NCBI RefSeq assembly: GCF_033153115.1 | Contig: NW_026889758.1 | Coordinates: forward strand, 53,568,001 to 53,632,000 | Reading direction: 5' to 3' | Origin: Saccostrea echinata | Lineage: Eukaryota | Length of the DNA: 64,000 bases | Shown: piece by piece, positions 12,861-25,300 of the stretch | Layout: the number at the start of each line of letters is the position of its first letter | Position numbering within the stretch: position 1 is the first letter of the stretch | The notes under the pieces: model-generated | Told to the model about the DNA's origin: nothing | The model's database searches: none | Seen by the model: the letters and a program-made list of their open reading frames with translations, nothing else | Program-made: the position numbers and the translations under genes

Positions 12861-14097
12861 ATATTTATTACACAGATAGAAAGAGAGACTCTATTTGTCA
12901 AATGTAAAATTCTGCAACTTCTACATCAGAAACTATGTCCCAGACAAAATTTTTACACTTTTGATTCCTGTTTCCTTGTCTATATGATCTTGGTTCATGG
13001 TCAGGCATGACTCCTTTAGGTTACACTTTTTTGAAAAGTATGAGCCTTTGCAAAATCTAATAAACTAAGTTATGAACCATCTTGTTCTGACCAGGACTAA
13101 AATTTGACCTTAAGGTGGCAAATGATCTTGGATTATTACAGTAACTGACATGACACCCTAATGTATACATATAGGTACCCATATACAATTATTAACTACT
13201 ACACAATCACTGCATTACTAAGTATGGCACTTAAAATTTTTTTTACAACTTTCATCTGTGAATTGTCTTGTTCAAAGGATATTTGGTTCAAAGTCATAAG
13301 TAACATTTGGGTAAAGTAATGTTTCTCCATTAAAGCCTGGACATATCATCAAACATGAGGATTCCAATCAAATAAAAATCAAATTCAATTCTGAACTCCA
13401 AATAGACATTGCCTATACATATATATCCTTGTATTTTCTAGATTCACTTAATCCTCTTCTTTGACACAATGGCAATTTAATTAGCTGTGACCAAAGTAAT
13501 ATCGGATTTTGTTACTAAGAGAGAAAGGGAGAAAACTACCTCTTTCAAGGTTTCTTTCAAGGAGGCATGTTTCTCCATAAGTATTTTTTAGGGGGAAAAC
13601 AACTCACATATATGATTTTAATTGTGGCTAAATCCATATATATTAGAATCATTGTCTTACATGGCGTGGTAGTTATGACACTTGATTCTCTGTAAACTAA
13701 TTTTTTTTTCCATATGAAGTTTGAGTCCAGCATAATATGCACTTATCTTTTTTTCCCCACGTTTCATTATCTAATGCATATAGAATTATTTTTGTTTTTC
13801 AATATTTTAGATTTCTCCTATGCTACATTTTTATAGAATATTTCAAGAACATCAATTCAGGTTTTTGGTTGTTTTACTGTGCAAGTCTTAGTAAATTTCA
13901 ATCAGTTCCAAATTCCAGCTGTAATTTTTGCACAAACGGAAGAAACCGATTTTTCTCTACACTTTGATTTATTCTAATTTCACAACAGTTTTATAAACAC
14001 CTATATCCATTACCTGCTTTAAGTGCAAATCAAATATGAAGCATAAAATGTAAATCAAATATGAAGTGTTATAACTTATTGATAATGGACCAAATTG

Positions 14098-14225
14098 GAT
14101 ATCCAAGGATCACATCCAACTGTCTCCATTCCTTTTTTCTGCTCTCCATTATAAAGGAGACATGGAGAGACAGAGCAGAAAAAAAGGAATGGAGACAGTA
14201 TGGTAGGACGTGATCCTTGGATATC
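14098..14225. repeat. Long hairpin / foldback element
   Basis: GATATCCAAGGATCAC..ACTGTCTCCATTCCTTTTTTCTGCTCT is mirrored by AGAGCAGAAAAAAAGGAATGGAGACAGT..GTGATCCTTGGATATC. Confidence 0.85.
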
Positions 14226-14321
14226 AATTACAGTTGGGCTCATTATTAATAATGCTAAAAAAAAGCTTCAAATTTGATTTACATTTAAACATGGGTGGTG
14301 TTTCTGAAACTGTTGTGAAGT

Positions 14322-15640
14322 AACAAGAGGCCCAAGGGCCACAACACTCACCTGAGTAACTCTGGCCCTTCTTGTCCTTCATTAACAGATTGTTTTTTTT
14401 ATAGATTCCCATGTAAAATTTGATCACCCTTTGTAGCCCCACCTTATCGCCAGGGGTCATGATTTGAACACTTGAACTATGATTGATGTTTTTGCTGTTC
14501 ATGGGAAATAGATTTTTTTGTTTTCCCATGTTAAACTTTGATCTCCTATTGTGGTGCCACCTTACCCCTGGGGTCATGATTTGAACAAACTTGGAATATA
14601 CACTACCTGTGGATGCTTTCATATAAATATGACTGATCTTGGCTATGCTGTTCTTGAGAAAAAGATTTTTCACAATTTTTTCTGATCTATTTCCATGCAA
14701 AACTTGATTGCCCATAGTGGCCCCACCCTACTCCCAAGGGTCATGATTTGAGCAAACTTGAATCTTCACTACTTGTGGATGCTTAGACATAAATATAACT
14801 GATCATGGCTTTGCTGTTCTTCATCATCAGATCTTTTAAATATTTCTCCTATGTATTCTTTGACCTCATTGTAGCCCCCACCCTCCACCCAGAGGTCATG
14901 ATTTGAACAATTATGATTCTGAACTATCTGAGGATACTTCCACATTAATATGATTAATCATGGCTTTCCTATTTTTGAGAAGAATATTTTTAAAGATTCT
15001 TTCTTATTTATCCAAGTCAATCTTGCTCATCCATTATTGCCCCACCCTACTCCAGGGTGTCATGTCATAGAATTCTCTTGGCAGGGATGTTGACTAATTT
15101 ATAGCAACCAATGTAATTATGGATATTTGTGCACTTGTCGTTGTCAAACATGTCCTTGAAATCTATGATAACATCGGTCCAAAAGAAGCATTTGTATGCT
15201 CCCAGGTCAAATTATGCAATATCTAACAAGATTTTATGACAAGTGGCTTCAAAAATGGCTACCCAAGGGAACCCAAAATTGTAAAACAATAAAAGCGATA
15301 GATTTACTAGTAAAAGCGGTAGGCGGGAGATGGAGTAAAAAAGCGGTAGAGTTAACATGTACAGTGTATGGTCATGATTTGAACAAATTTGAATCTACAC
15401 TATCTGCTGACACTTCCATATCAATATGACTCATCATGGCTTTGCTATTCTTGAGAAAATTTTTAAAGATTTTCCCTAGTTATACCATGTAAAACTTAAT
15501 TGCCCATAGTGGACCCATCCAACCACCAGGGGTCAAGATCGGAACAAATTTGAATCTACACAGATCATGGCTTTGATGTTCTTGAGAAGAAGATTTTTAA
15601 AGATTTTTCCTGTATATACTCATGTAAAATTTTGAAATCT
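14322..15640 (-). mobile_element. HINE/Helentron-like non-autonomous element carrying ~165-bp Cg170-like satellite units
   Basis: End motif AACAAGAGGCCCAAGGGCCACAACACTCACCTGAG (palindrome plus subterminal IR). Repeated GGGGTCATGATTTGAACAAACTTGAATCTACACT units follow. Confidence 0.75.
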
Positions 15641-16085
15641 ATAACAATGTAATTCTTGATAAAGTCCTTGATCAAATAATTTTTAAACATAAAACAACCA
15701 ATTTTAACTCATATCACAGTGTTATCCTTTCAACTTTTATCAGTTATCAAAAAAAAAAAAAATCTACAAGAAGCTTTTAAAATGAAAAGGATCTTATTTA
15801 TCTGAATTATCATAACAATTTGATGGTTCAAGGGTAAGCCAATGCCAGTTAACAGAGTTAATCTGGAAATGGTAAAATATTAATACATGTATATAGAAAT
15901 GTCACTGGACATAAATGGATATACATAAAACAATTTTGAAGAGGTAATTCAAGTTGTTTATTCAAGTAAACATTTTTAACAACACATGTCCTTTGTAAAG
16001 TTAAAATAATGTCTCTTTTCTTCCTAAATCAGACTCCATATTATACCACACTTTAATAGTCACTCCTGAAAAGAAGAACTTTGAC

Positions 16086-16771
16086 TGTAATCAGCATGTT
16101 CCATCATAATAAAACTATAATCTGCATGTTCTGTCATTATATAACTATAATCTGCATGTTCTGTCATTCATAAACTATAATCTACATGTTCTGTCATTCA
16201 TAAAACTATAATCTACATGTTCTGTCATTCATAAAACTATAATCTACATGTCCTGTCAATCATAAAACCATAATCTGCATGTTCTGTCATGCATAAAACT
16301 ATATCTGCATGTTCTGCCATTCATAAAACTATTATCTATGTCCTGTCATTCATAAAACTACAATCTACATGTTCTGCCATTCATAAAACTATAATCTGCA
16401 TGTTCTGTCATTCATAAAACTATAATCTGCATGTCCTGTCATTCATAAAACTATAATCTACATGTCCTGTCATTCATAAAACTATAATCTGCATGTCCTG
16501 TCATTCATAAAACTACAATCTACATGTTCTGCCATTCATAAAACTATAATCTGCATGTCCTGTCATTCATAAAACTATAATCTACATGTCCTGTCATTCA
16601 TAAAACTATAATCTGCATGTTCTGTCATTCATAAAACTATAATCTGCATGTTCCTTCATATTCATAAAACTATAATCTGCATGTTCTGTCATTCATTAAA
16701 CTATAATCTGCAAGTTCTGTCATTCATAAAACTAGAATCTGCATGTTCCTTCATATTCATAAAACTATAAT
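16086..16771. repeat. ~31-bp minisatellite, ~20 copies
   Basis: Head-to-tail CATTCATAAAACTATAATCT(G/A)CATGT(T/C)CTGT with no spacers. Confidence 0.95.
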
Positions 16772-17112
16772 AAATGTTTTTTTTTCTATACAATTATATG
16801 TACTCTACTCTCAGATTCATTACTTTATCAAGTTTTTTTCCTAACATCAAATTTCATTTCTAAATATAGCTCTTACTAATATCCTAATCACACAATTATG
16901 AATTCAATCATGTTGATATAGCTGATTTATACAATTTACACAAATAGCACCTGAAAGTGAACATTTGAGAATTAATCAGAAAATCTCTTATTGATATTAA
17001 CAGAGTTTATGCATCTCTTCACACAAAAAAGCATAAACAAACCATTTTGGAAAAAAAACTTCATCATTGCTTTAAAAAATATACGTAATAAATGAACCTA
17101 CCAATTTAGTTT

Positions 17113-18991
17113 TTACATATCATCTACTTTCTCTAGCCATAATTCTGGTTCTTCATATCCCATTTCTTTAAGAGTGCTGATTCCTAGTTCCTGTAATGTT
17201 GGTCCAATTTCCTGCATAAGGTATGGCCAGGTAACATTCATTGAATTTCCTCCCTTCAACTGAAATCAATTTTTTTAAATCTTAATTTTCTGTTTAAAAA
17301 AGTTCATTTCAAATTTTTGCAAACTTCTATTAAAATATAGTGCTTTAAATTACATATATTGCATTACTTTTTAAATGGCTTTAAAAAATATTTATTATTA
17401 TCATTTTTTTTAATACATGAAATTCAGGGTACAATCTTACCTAAATCTAAAATATGTATATACTGATGTTCATGTGCAGATAAGACAAACTGTTATTAAA
17501 TATTTTACAAATATAAGCAAATATATACATTGCAGAAATCCAATAGGCAAGTTTAAATTCCTACCCTTGCGACTTCCAAAAAGCGGGTGGCCAGGGCGTA
17601 GTCATTCTGGTTCCTGCAGCCCTTTAGGATCTCGATACAAATTTCTGGCTCTGGTACTCCATCATCAGCCTGTCAGAGATAGATTATTCAATAAATTCAT
17701 CACACATTTTCTTATACAGTAAGTTTATGTCAAATCACAAATTTGTTGAAGACCTTACTTACAGTTGGAAAAATGAAATCACATGATTAGCGTTTACTTC
17801 CAATTCTCTTTCTATTTACTTATTGATAAAAATATAAGAGCCATAATGGCTTACTCAAAGATAATTAGATTAATTGTACCAAAATTTAAAAAAAATCATA
17901 AATAAATTAAAATAAAGCCCTTGATTGACAAGAATTCATAAATTATTGTAAAACCTACAGCAATGTAATTGATTAGTTGTCTCAACTCCCACCCATCAAA
18001 CTGGGAGTAGTTGTTCTTCTGCAGCCAAGTTCCCTCGCTGACTACTGGGTAGAGTGATGTATGGGGTTTAGGACCAGCTTCAGAATATGCTCTCAATCCT
18101 GCTACAGCAGCTGAAATATAAACAGTTACAAGTATAGAAAACACAGTGTAGCAAGGGAGTAAATGGACAACACTTGCCATCTCAGATTAATGGGGTGGGG
18201 TGGAGGTGGGATGGGGTGTACCTGATTCACAAAATAGTTTTTTAAAATTCCTACACTTCTACATTTTGGCATTCTGATTGGTGAGATCTATCTTTGATAT
18301 GATTATATATATCAATATAAATTGGTACGACAGTAGACTTGTGTACCAAGTTATTTTCAAATTGTACTGTGGGAGGAGTAGCGTTTTGAAAGAATTTCAT
18401 AGAAATTTCTATTTTAGTAACCATGGCAACACCATTCATCAAAAACAAAACCCAAACAAACCATATATATAACTATGTATCTTAGTGTAGGCAACTGTTG
18501 TACCAAGTTCTAAAATTGTAGGACTGTACGAGGAGTAGCAATTTGAATGTTTTTCATAGAAATTTCTATTTTCAGTAACCAAAGTAATGCCGTTCATTGA
18601 AATCAAAAACTGATACAAAGAATTATGTATCTTTAGTGAAGTCTACTTGTGTAACAAGTATACTTCAGTCTTGGACCAAAACTGTAGGAGGAGTTGCATT
18701 TTGAAAACTCTGTTTACAAACAGACAGACGACAGACACCTTGTATTCTTGTCTCTGACAAGTAGAGCTTAAAAAAAATCAAACAACATGGTAAATTAAAC
18801 ACAGGTTCTGCCGGTGAAGGAACCCAGTTCGTATTCTTCGTATGGAATTCTAATAAATATCATATAATGGTAAAAAAATACAGGAATTTATGTAAATTAG
18901 GCACCATACCAGCGGGACATCCAGATTGAATTTGTTTGCTGACTGCATTTAGGACGGAAATGCCGACTTTTTTACACGAAGAGCGGATCAT
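17113..18991 (-). CDS. COX5A: Cytochrome c oxidase subunit 5A, mitochondrial precursor (161 aa, 4 exons)
   Basis: Exons 18991-18910, 18110-17959, 17669-17565 and 17259-17113 join in phase. Translation: MIRSSCKKVGISVLNAVSKQ...(presequence)...FDGWELRQLINYIAADDGVPEPEICIEILKGCRNQNDYALATRFLEVAR...WPYLMQEIGPTLQELGISTLKEMGYEEPEL. This matches COX5A motifs DxWELR, VPEP, CRxxND.A.A.R.LE and PTLxELGI. Confidence 0.92.
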
Positions 18992-19324
18992 TTTCTTCGA
19001 GTGTGTGACCTTCTCCGCTTAGTTGTAATCCAGATCAGCAGAGCTCTTTAATGGAATATCATGTACGTATAAATTTAAGAAAGCCGGATAAAACGTAGCA
19101 ACATTAATATCGATCGGCAGACATAAATATTGGTATGTATAACCAAGTTCCAGAAAGTAATTTTTCATAAGTATAGAAGAATTTTCAGTTATTTATTTAA
19201 CTATATTTATTAGCGCTTGTGTTGATTATACTGATTCCTAATTTCCCGAAATACGTTTTTATCCGTTTATTTTCATTTCAGTTGCAAGAGTATTTTCAAC
19301 CCAGAATTATGATGGCAAACAAGG
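18992..19324. promoter_or_regulatory. Probable bidirectional promoter and 5'UTRs shared by COX5A and JTB
   Basis: The two start codons diverge 333 bp apart. A candidate non-coding JTB exon has a donor (TTG|GTATGT, ~19131) and an acceptor (TTTCAG, ~19281). Confidence 0.6.
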
Positions 19325-22300
19325 ATGCTTGAGTTTTGTACGAAAAAGAAAATGGCCTTTGCCATTTTCCTACTCTTTAGGTAAGGATGTTCGAACATGT
19401 GAAGCCTTAAATGACATTTTATTGAGGATCTGAATACTGTATTGTAATGGTTACTAACTTACTTGTATCAATCCTAAAGACTATAGTCACTAGGACAAGG
19501 GACATACAACAGAACAGAATAAAAAGTATGTACACAAATAGTTAAAATATATGGTCCCTGCTAGGACTCAGAAAGTTTTTACACAATCTGAGCAACAAGC
19601 CATCATATATTCCACTGTTGCTAACTTCAACTGGTCAACCATATTTATAAAGAGTTTTACACCAAATGTCTATAGTTTCTTGTTTATCGATAAAAGGAGA
19701 AAGACAATTGGACATTGTAACTTATTTAGCGCAAAACTTTAGATATGATTGGACTCAGAGCCTAATTGCTGGTGAAAATGAATTTGATCTTCCAAGATGC
19801 GGTGGTGAAGACGGACAATCAACAGTTATTCAAATACAGTAGAGCCTTGTTATCAGGACGCCAATAATACCTCACCTTCTGGGTGATATTTGTTGAGAAC
19901 AGAATTTACATTTATATCTAAAAATTAAGGTCAAGATCTAGTAAATTATTCAAGACTGTCATTTTGGTGCTAGATCCATTATGACGCCATAATCAGTTTT
20001 AACTTTCTTTTTCCCGTACTTTACAGCTCTGGATACACTTCCTAAAGGAAGCTTTAGCAAATGTGTATTTTTTCAGAAAAACAATGCTTCTTATGACCCC
20101 ACAATGGCCAGTATAAAAAGTTTAAGTTGTTTGAATAATGAAGGAATATGAGCATGTTGACCTCCAATATGGCGGCCAACGGGAAATAACTCTTGCTAAT
20201 TTGGGCCTACTGAAAACTATCTATATGGGAGTTGTTCCCTTATCGAACAAAGGAAATGCTTTATTTCATAATTTTTATTCTATAAAGATTTTTCCCCAAA
20301 TATTTCCGCTACACCCTCTTAGATTTGGTAAGACAAAGAGGAAAAATTACCAGGTTGACCACCAAGATGGCGGCCAAGGGAAAATATGTCATATGAAAAC
20401 TATCTATTCATGACTGATTTTTCATTGAAAAAGACAGTTTAAGATATGATTTTTTGTCTTGCCTTCCTACAAAATATGCCCCACCATCTTATTTGATCAA
20501 GCATCATTAAAGGAATTTATTTTTCAAATTTGAGAAATCTATAGGCTCCTTTCATTTACTAGATCTTGACCTTAATATGTTTTCAGTGCCACCATTGGAG
20601 CAAGTGCAGTTGTGACAAGTTATACCATTAAAAAACTTTTACATAGCTTACAATTTAAACTTTGATCTGCCTCTTCAAACTAGACAGTCTAGACTTTGAC
20701 ATCACTTGATGTCATATGTAAGTTGCATTTCCGTAACTGAGGCTAAATAGGCCTTTTAATTAGCAATCTTGTAGTGAAAGGCAGTGTAGAGTAGATCTGT
20801 GTTTTCCCTAAGAAACGGCCATTGGCCAAATTGACTGCTTCAATTAATAGAAATGCCAGTTAGAAATTTTAAAGTTAAAAAAAAATTGAGGCAAACGTCT
20901 CGTTGCTAATAAACCTTACACGACTCAACGTAGCACGAATTGATTAAATCGACTGTATCCCAAATAATAAGAGGCATTATGGCGGAAAAAAAGACAATTG
21001 AAAGTCAAAGAAGTTTTTATGGGAAAGAGGTCCAAAAAATTGTCAGGTTAGTGAATGAACAGTGAAGCGATAGTTTTGATAAACATTTATACTAACAGTT
21101 TGTGACATTATGACTAAAATTTCAGAATTTCACTCCGACTTGGACGATCTTTTCTATTAACGTGATATGCATGTTTATTTTTAAAAACAAGCTGAATTTG
21201 TGTTTTCTCTTTTTCTATTATTATCGGGAATTTTTATTCGGCATTCTGTTATATTTTTCCTGGCAATAGTAGATTCCCTGTAGCTGGATGTGCAAATTCA
21301 TATTATCTATAGCAATTTAACATATTTTGACAGGGATATAGATGCAATTACAATTCTCACAATAAAAAAAAAAGATATTGAGAAATTACTTTAATATGTA
21401 AGACAAATTTATAAGATTTTTAATCTGTTGGAAGATGCCTAAATTTTTCAATTGTATCTGGCCTGAGAGCTCTCCAAAGGGTTCAAAAATCACATAAAAT
21501 CAATTTCTGCCAGGGGGCTTTGCCCCCTTGGGCCCCCACAAGGGCTTCACCCTCAGCCCACAAGGGGGCCTAGGCAGCCCCTTTGACCCCCAGTCTGTTA
21601 GAATTGGACTTTAAACCTTTTACTTTGAAATAAAGGGAAAACACTGGTAGATGCGATTATTTTTTGTTTCATTTAAGCTCCCTGCAAGAACTAAATCTTA
21701 GAACATATCTATGGGACTGTTTATTCACCATGATCGCATGGAATCTTGGTAGCGAAGGAATTCTTGGAAGGTTTCACAGAAAAATTTGCTTGATGAATAT
21801 ACAGATTTTAATTCAAATTTTCTCTGGTCTTACATGTTAGTCTATTGAGCTCTCTATAAAAAGTACATTTCAGTAGTCCAGGTGTTTCACTTATATGAAT
21901 GACTTGCTTGACCCAAGCAAGTCATTCGTATAAGTGAAACATCTGGACAAGCATCCAGATTAATGAGGCTCAACTGTATTATGAAGGTGACCAGAAGGAG
22001 TTATTTATTAAAATTTTACCCAAAGATGGCATTGCAACAGATGACATATACATAAAAATCAATGTTAAGATTGAAAATTGAATGGGAAAAATGGTATAGT
22101 ATTAATGACAGTGACCTGTTTCTCAGAAGTTCATATAATTTGTAAAGTTTCTTTTATGTCAGGTAATGGTCTTTATAAAATTATATATGTCAGACAAGGA
22201 CAAATGAAAAGCATCTAGAAGAGCTTCAGTTTCATCAGAAACTTTTTATTTGACAATGACACCTTCAATCTCACATTTTTTATTATTAATATGGGGCCAT

Positions 22301-25300
22301 CTTTAAAAAATTGTTTGTTTGCTAAAACCTATCTAAAAACTGCCCAACTCAAAACTTTGTTTAACCTCTAGGAAACAATATCTTTTTTTATTTATTCTGA
22401 AATTTTCACATCCCATTATTAACTATATTAACTTCATATTTGTAAGCTTTTCAAAATAATCCCCCCCCCCCACCTACCTACCCAATTTGTTTATCCCTAG
22501 TCAAGAGAGGGCAAGCAAACATTTGTTTAAAGATGGCCTGGTAAGAAATATACATTAATATTATTTACACAAGATAACTATCTTATTATTCAGCACACTT
22601 TTGTTAAAAAATGTGATTCAAATAAATTAATACCAGATGTACATGTATTATGGGTTTACATTTGCTCTTAATTGAGTCTGTATTTTCTGTTTGCAGTATT
22701 TCTGTAATAATATTGGTTGTTGAAAGTGCATGGCCAACACAACACAGAATAAAAGAAGTTAAGTTTCCATCTAATATTGGTAAGTCATCCCCATAATCAC
22801 AGAATAGTGAAGTATCCCCTCAGCCTTTTGACTTGTCTAGATATTTTCTTCGTCTTTCTCAAATGGCCTTTTATCACTACCTCTCATGTTTTGATTTAAG
22901 ATTTTAAAAACAGCAACAGTATATCAGAAGCAGCTGAAACTATAACTTGCAAGTATTTTAAAAACCCTCTGCAAACAAAGTTTTCGGGCTAACCATATAT
23001 AGGAATCACCTTGTATGTCTGTCTCGCTCTGTGTGAAATCTGGTCTGGGCCATAACTTTGCAATGGAAAAACATTGGGAGCTCATACTTAAAAAATTTGA
23101 TTGCTTATGACCTGAAAGTGTGGCATGACCTTGATCAGGGTCATTCCAACAGGTCAAGGTCACTGACAGGAAAAATCTTTTATCCTTATCCAGTCTTTAA
23201 CCTTCTAATGGGGAATCATTGGAAGCTCATACAAAGATTGCATTTGACCTGAAAGTGTTATTACCATGACCTAAGGTCATTTAGTCAAGTTCAAGGTCAC
23301 TTTGAGTTAAATGTACGTGTATAATTCCTGTCTTGATCATAAATTGCATTAGAGAAACATTGAAAGTTCATACTTTTTGAAAAACAATTGCCTATGATAT
23401 GAGGGTTTGACATGACCTTGGCCTAGGTCATTTTGGCAAGTTCAAAGTCACTGGCAAAAAAGTGCTTTATTCTTATCTAGTCCATTACCATCTATTGTAG
23501 AAACATCAGACTTGACATCAGATACTTGACACAAAAGTTGCTTATGACTGTAGAGTGTGTCCTGATCTTGACCCAAAGCCATTTTTGCAAGTTCAAGGTC
23601 ACTGGAAGAAGAACTTAAAAATTGGTGTGCAGTCCATAATTTTTATGGAAACACATTGGAGGTTCAATTTCACCCAGATATTACTTATGTCACCATTGTG
23701 TGTCATGACAATAAGAAAAAGAACTTTTTTTTTTTAGTAAAGCTGAACAAATCATGTCCTTCAAAGAAAGCAAAGGCTCTAAGCGAATGTGAAAGATGCA
23801 GTAAAGATGAACTGGTAAATATCTAAATTTTTTTTTCTGTAATTTGATTGTCATAGGTTGTTTGGAAGAGTCTCAGTGCCCTTTTTTTTTAGGATTTCAA
23901 AGAAAAAAATTGAGGAGAGGTTCTGGAAAGCACAACAGGGAATATTTTATACTGAAACGTTGTGTATCATTATGTCACATGTATATTAGGAAATTATAAA
24001 ATGATGAATTACAGGAAATGCATGTCATTGAAGTTTTAGTTGAATTGGTACTTTCCCCACCTGTAGTGAACATAGATATTTAAAGTTCACAATCAACCTG
24101 GGTGGATATGAGGAAAATTTGCATACATCACAACAAACTTAATACAGTTGAACTTCGGTATCTCGAACATTGATATCTGGAATACTATGGATATGTCAAA
24201 GTGAATTGGAAGTCCCAACCACTTATTTTTTAAGTATTTTATCCTTGATATCTCGAAGTTTTTTCTTGGTTCCATCTATTTTAAGATAATGAGGTTTGAT
24301 TGTAAGTTGCTCGTTTTATGTTTTTTTTTCTGAATGAGGAGAAAAACAAAGGTTCTTTGTTATAATATGTAGAAGAAACAACTACTCATTAATACAGTTA
24401 TTGTACTTTTTAATTATTTCATTTTATTTGCCATTGTAGAGGAAATTACAACCAGAGTGCCAAGAGACAGGATTTAAACAAAAGATATTGTGTGATGATA
24501 AAGATACATTTTTTCAGAAGTAAGTCTTTTTTGTGTTCAGGTTATTTCACTGCTGTAGAAAAATATTTTATGGAGAATATTTTTTCAACAAATTTTACCA
24601 TGAAATATGGAGATAATGAACAGTAATCAAGCTTAAAAGTCCATTGAAACAAAACAAATTGGGAGCAGAGCAAACACGGACCTCTAGATGCATCAGAGGT
24701 GGGATCAGGTGCCATGGAAGAATCCGTAGACAATTCAGTATGTAAAAATATGGCCTAACAATTAGTATGCAAAATGTCAGTCAGCATTCAACTTAATGAT
24801 AGATTGTATTCGTGACAAAGTCCTGACTTCAAACGAAAATGTTGATATCCTTGTTTCATCAACTTGTTTGTCAACAGCTTGTCTTGTTTTAGAAATTGTT
24901 TGTATGTAGAGCATGCTCTTGCATATTGAATCAACTGTGAAACATCATATGCAGGTGATAAGGGTATATTGTTACATAAATAAGGGAAGTTAATGATGGA
25001 AAAGTTGGAATCATCATGTTTATTATAAAGTTTTGCTGTTATGTTACCATTAAGGTCTTTTTCTAGTAAAATATCTAGATATGAAACAGATATGTCAGAC
25101 TTTGTGGAATCTTTTATTTGAAGTTCACTGGGATATATCGAATTGACATATGAATGGAAGTAACTATTGTTAACTGACAATATGTTGTCAATACATGTAT
25201 ATCTAAATGTCGAGTTGAATGCCACAGCAAGTGTTTTCCTCTTCTCATGTATAAGTTTCTGAATAAATTCTGCTTCATATGAATATGTACATCATGTTGC

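Noticed and set aside
16086-16771. CRISPR array (31-bp repeats)
   Set aside because: Units are head-to-tail without unique spacers, there are no cas genes and the context is eukaryotic.
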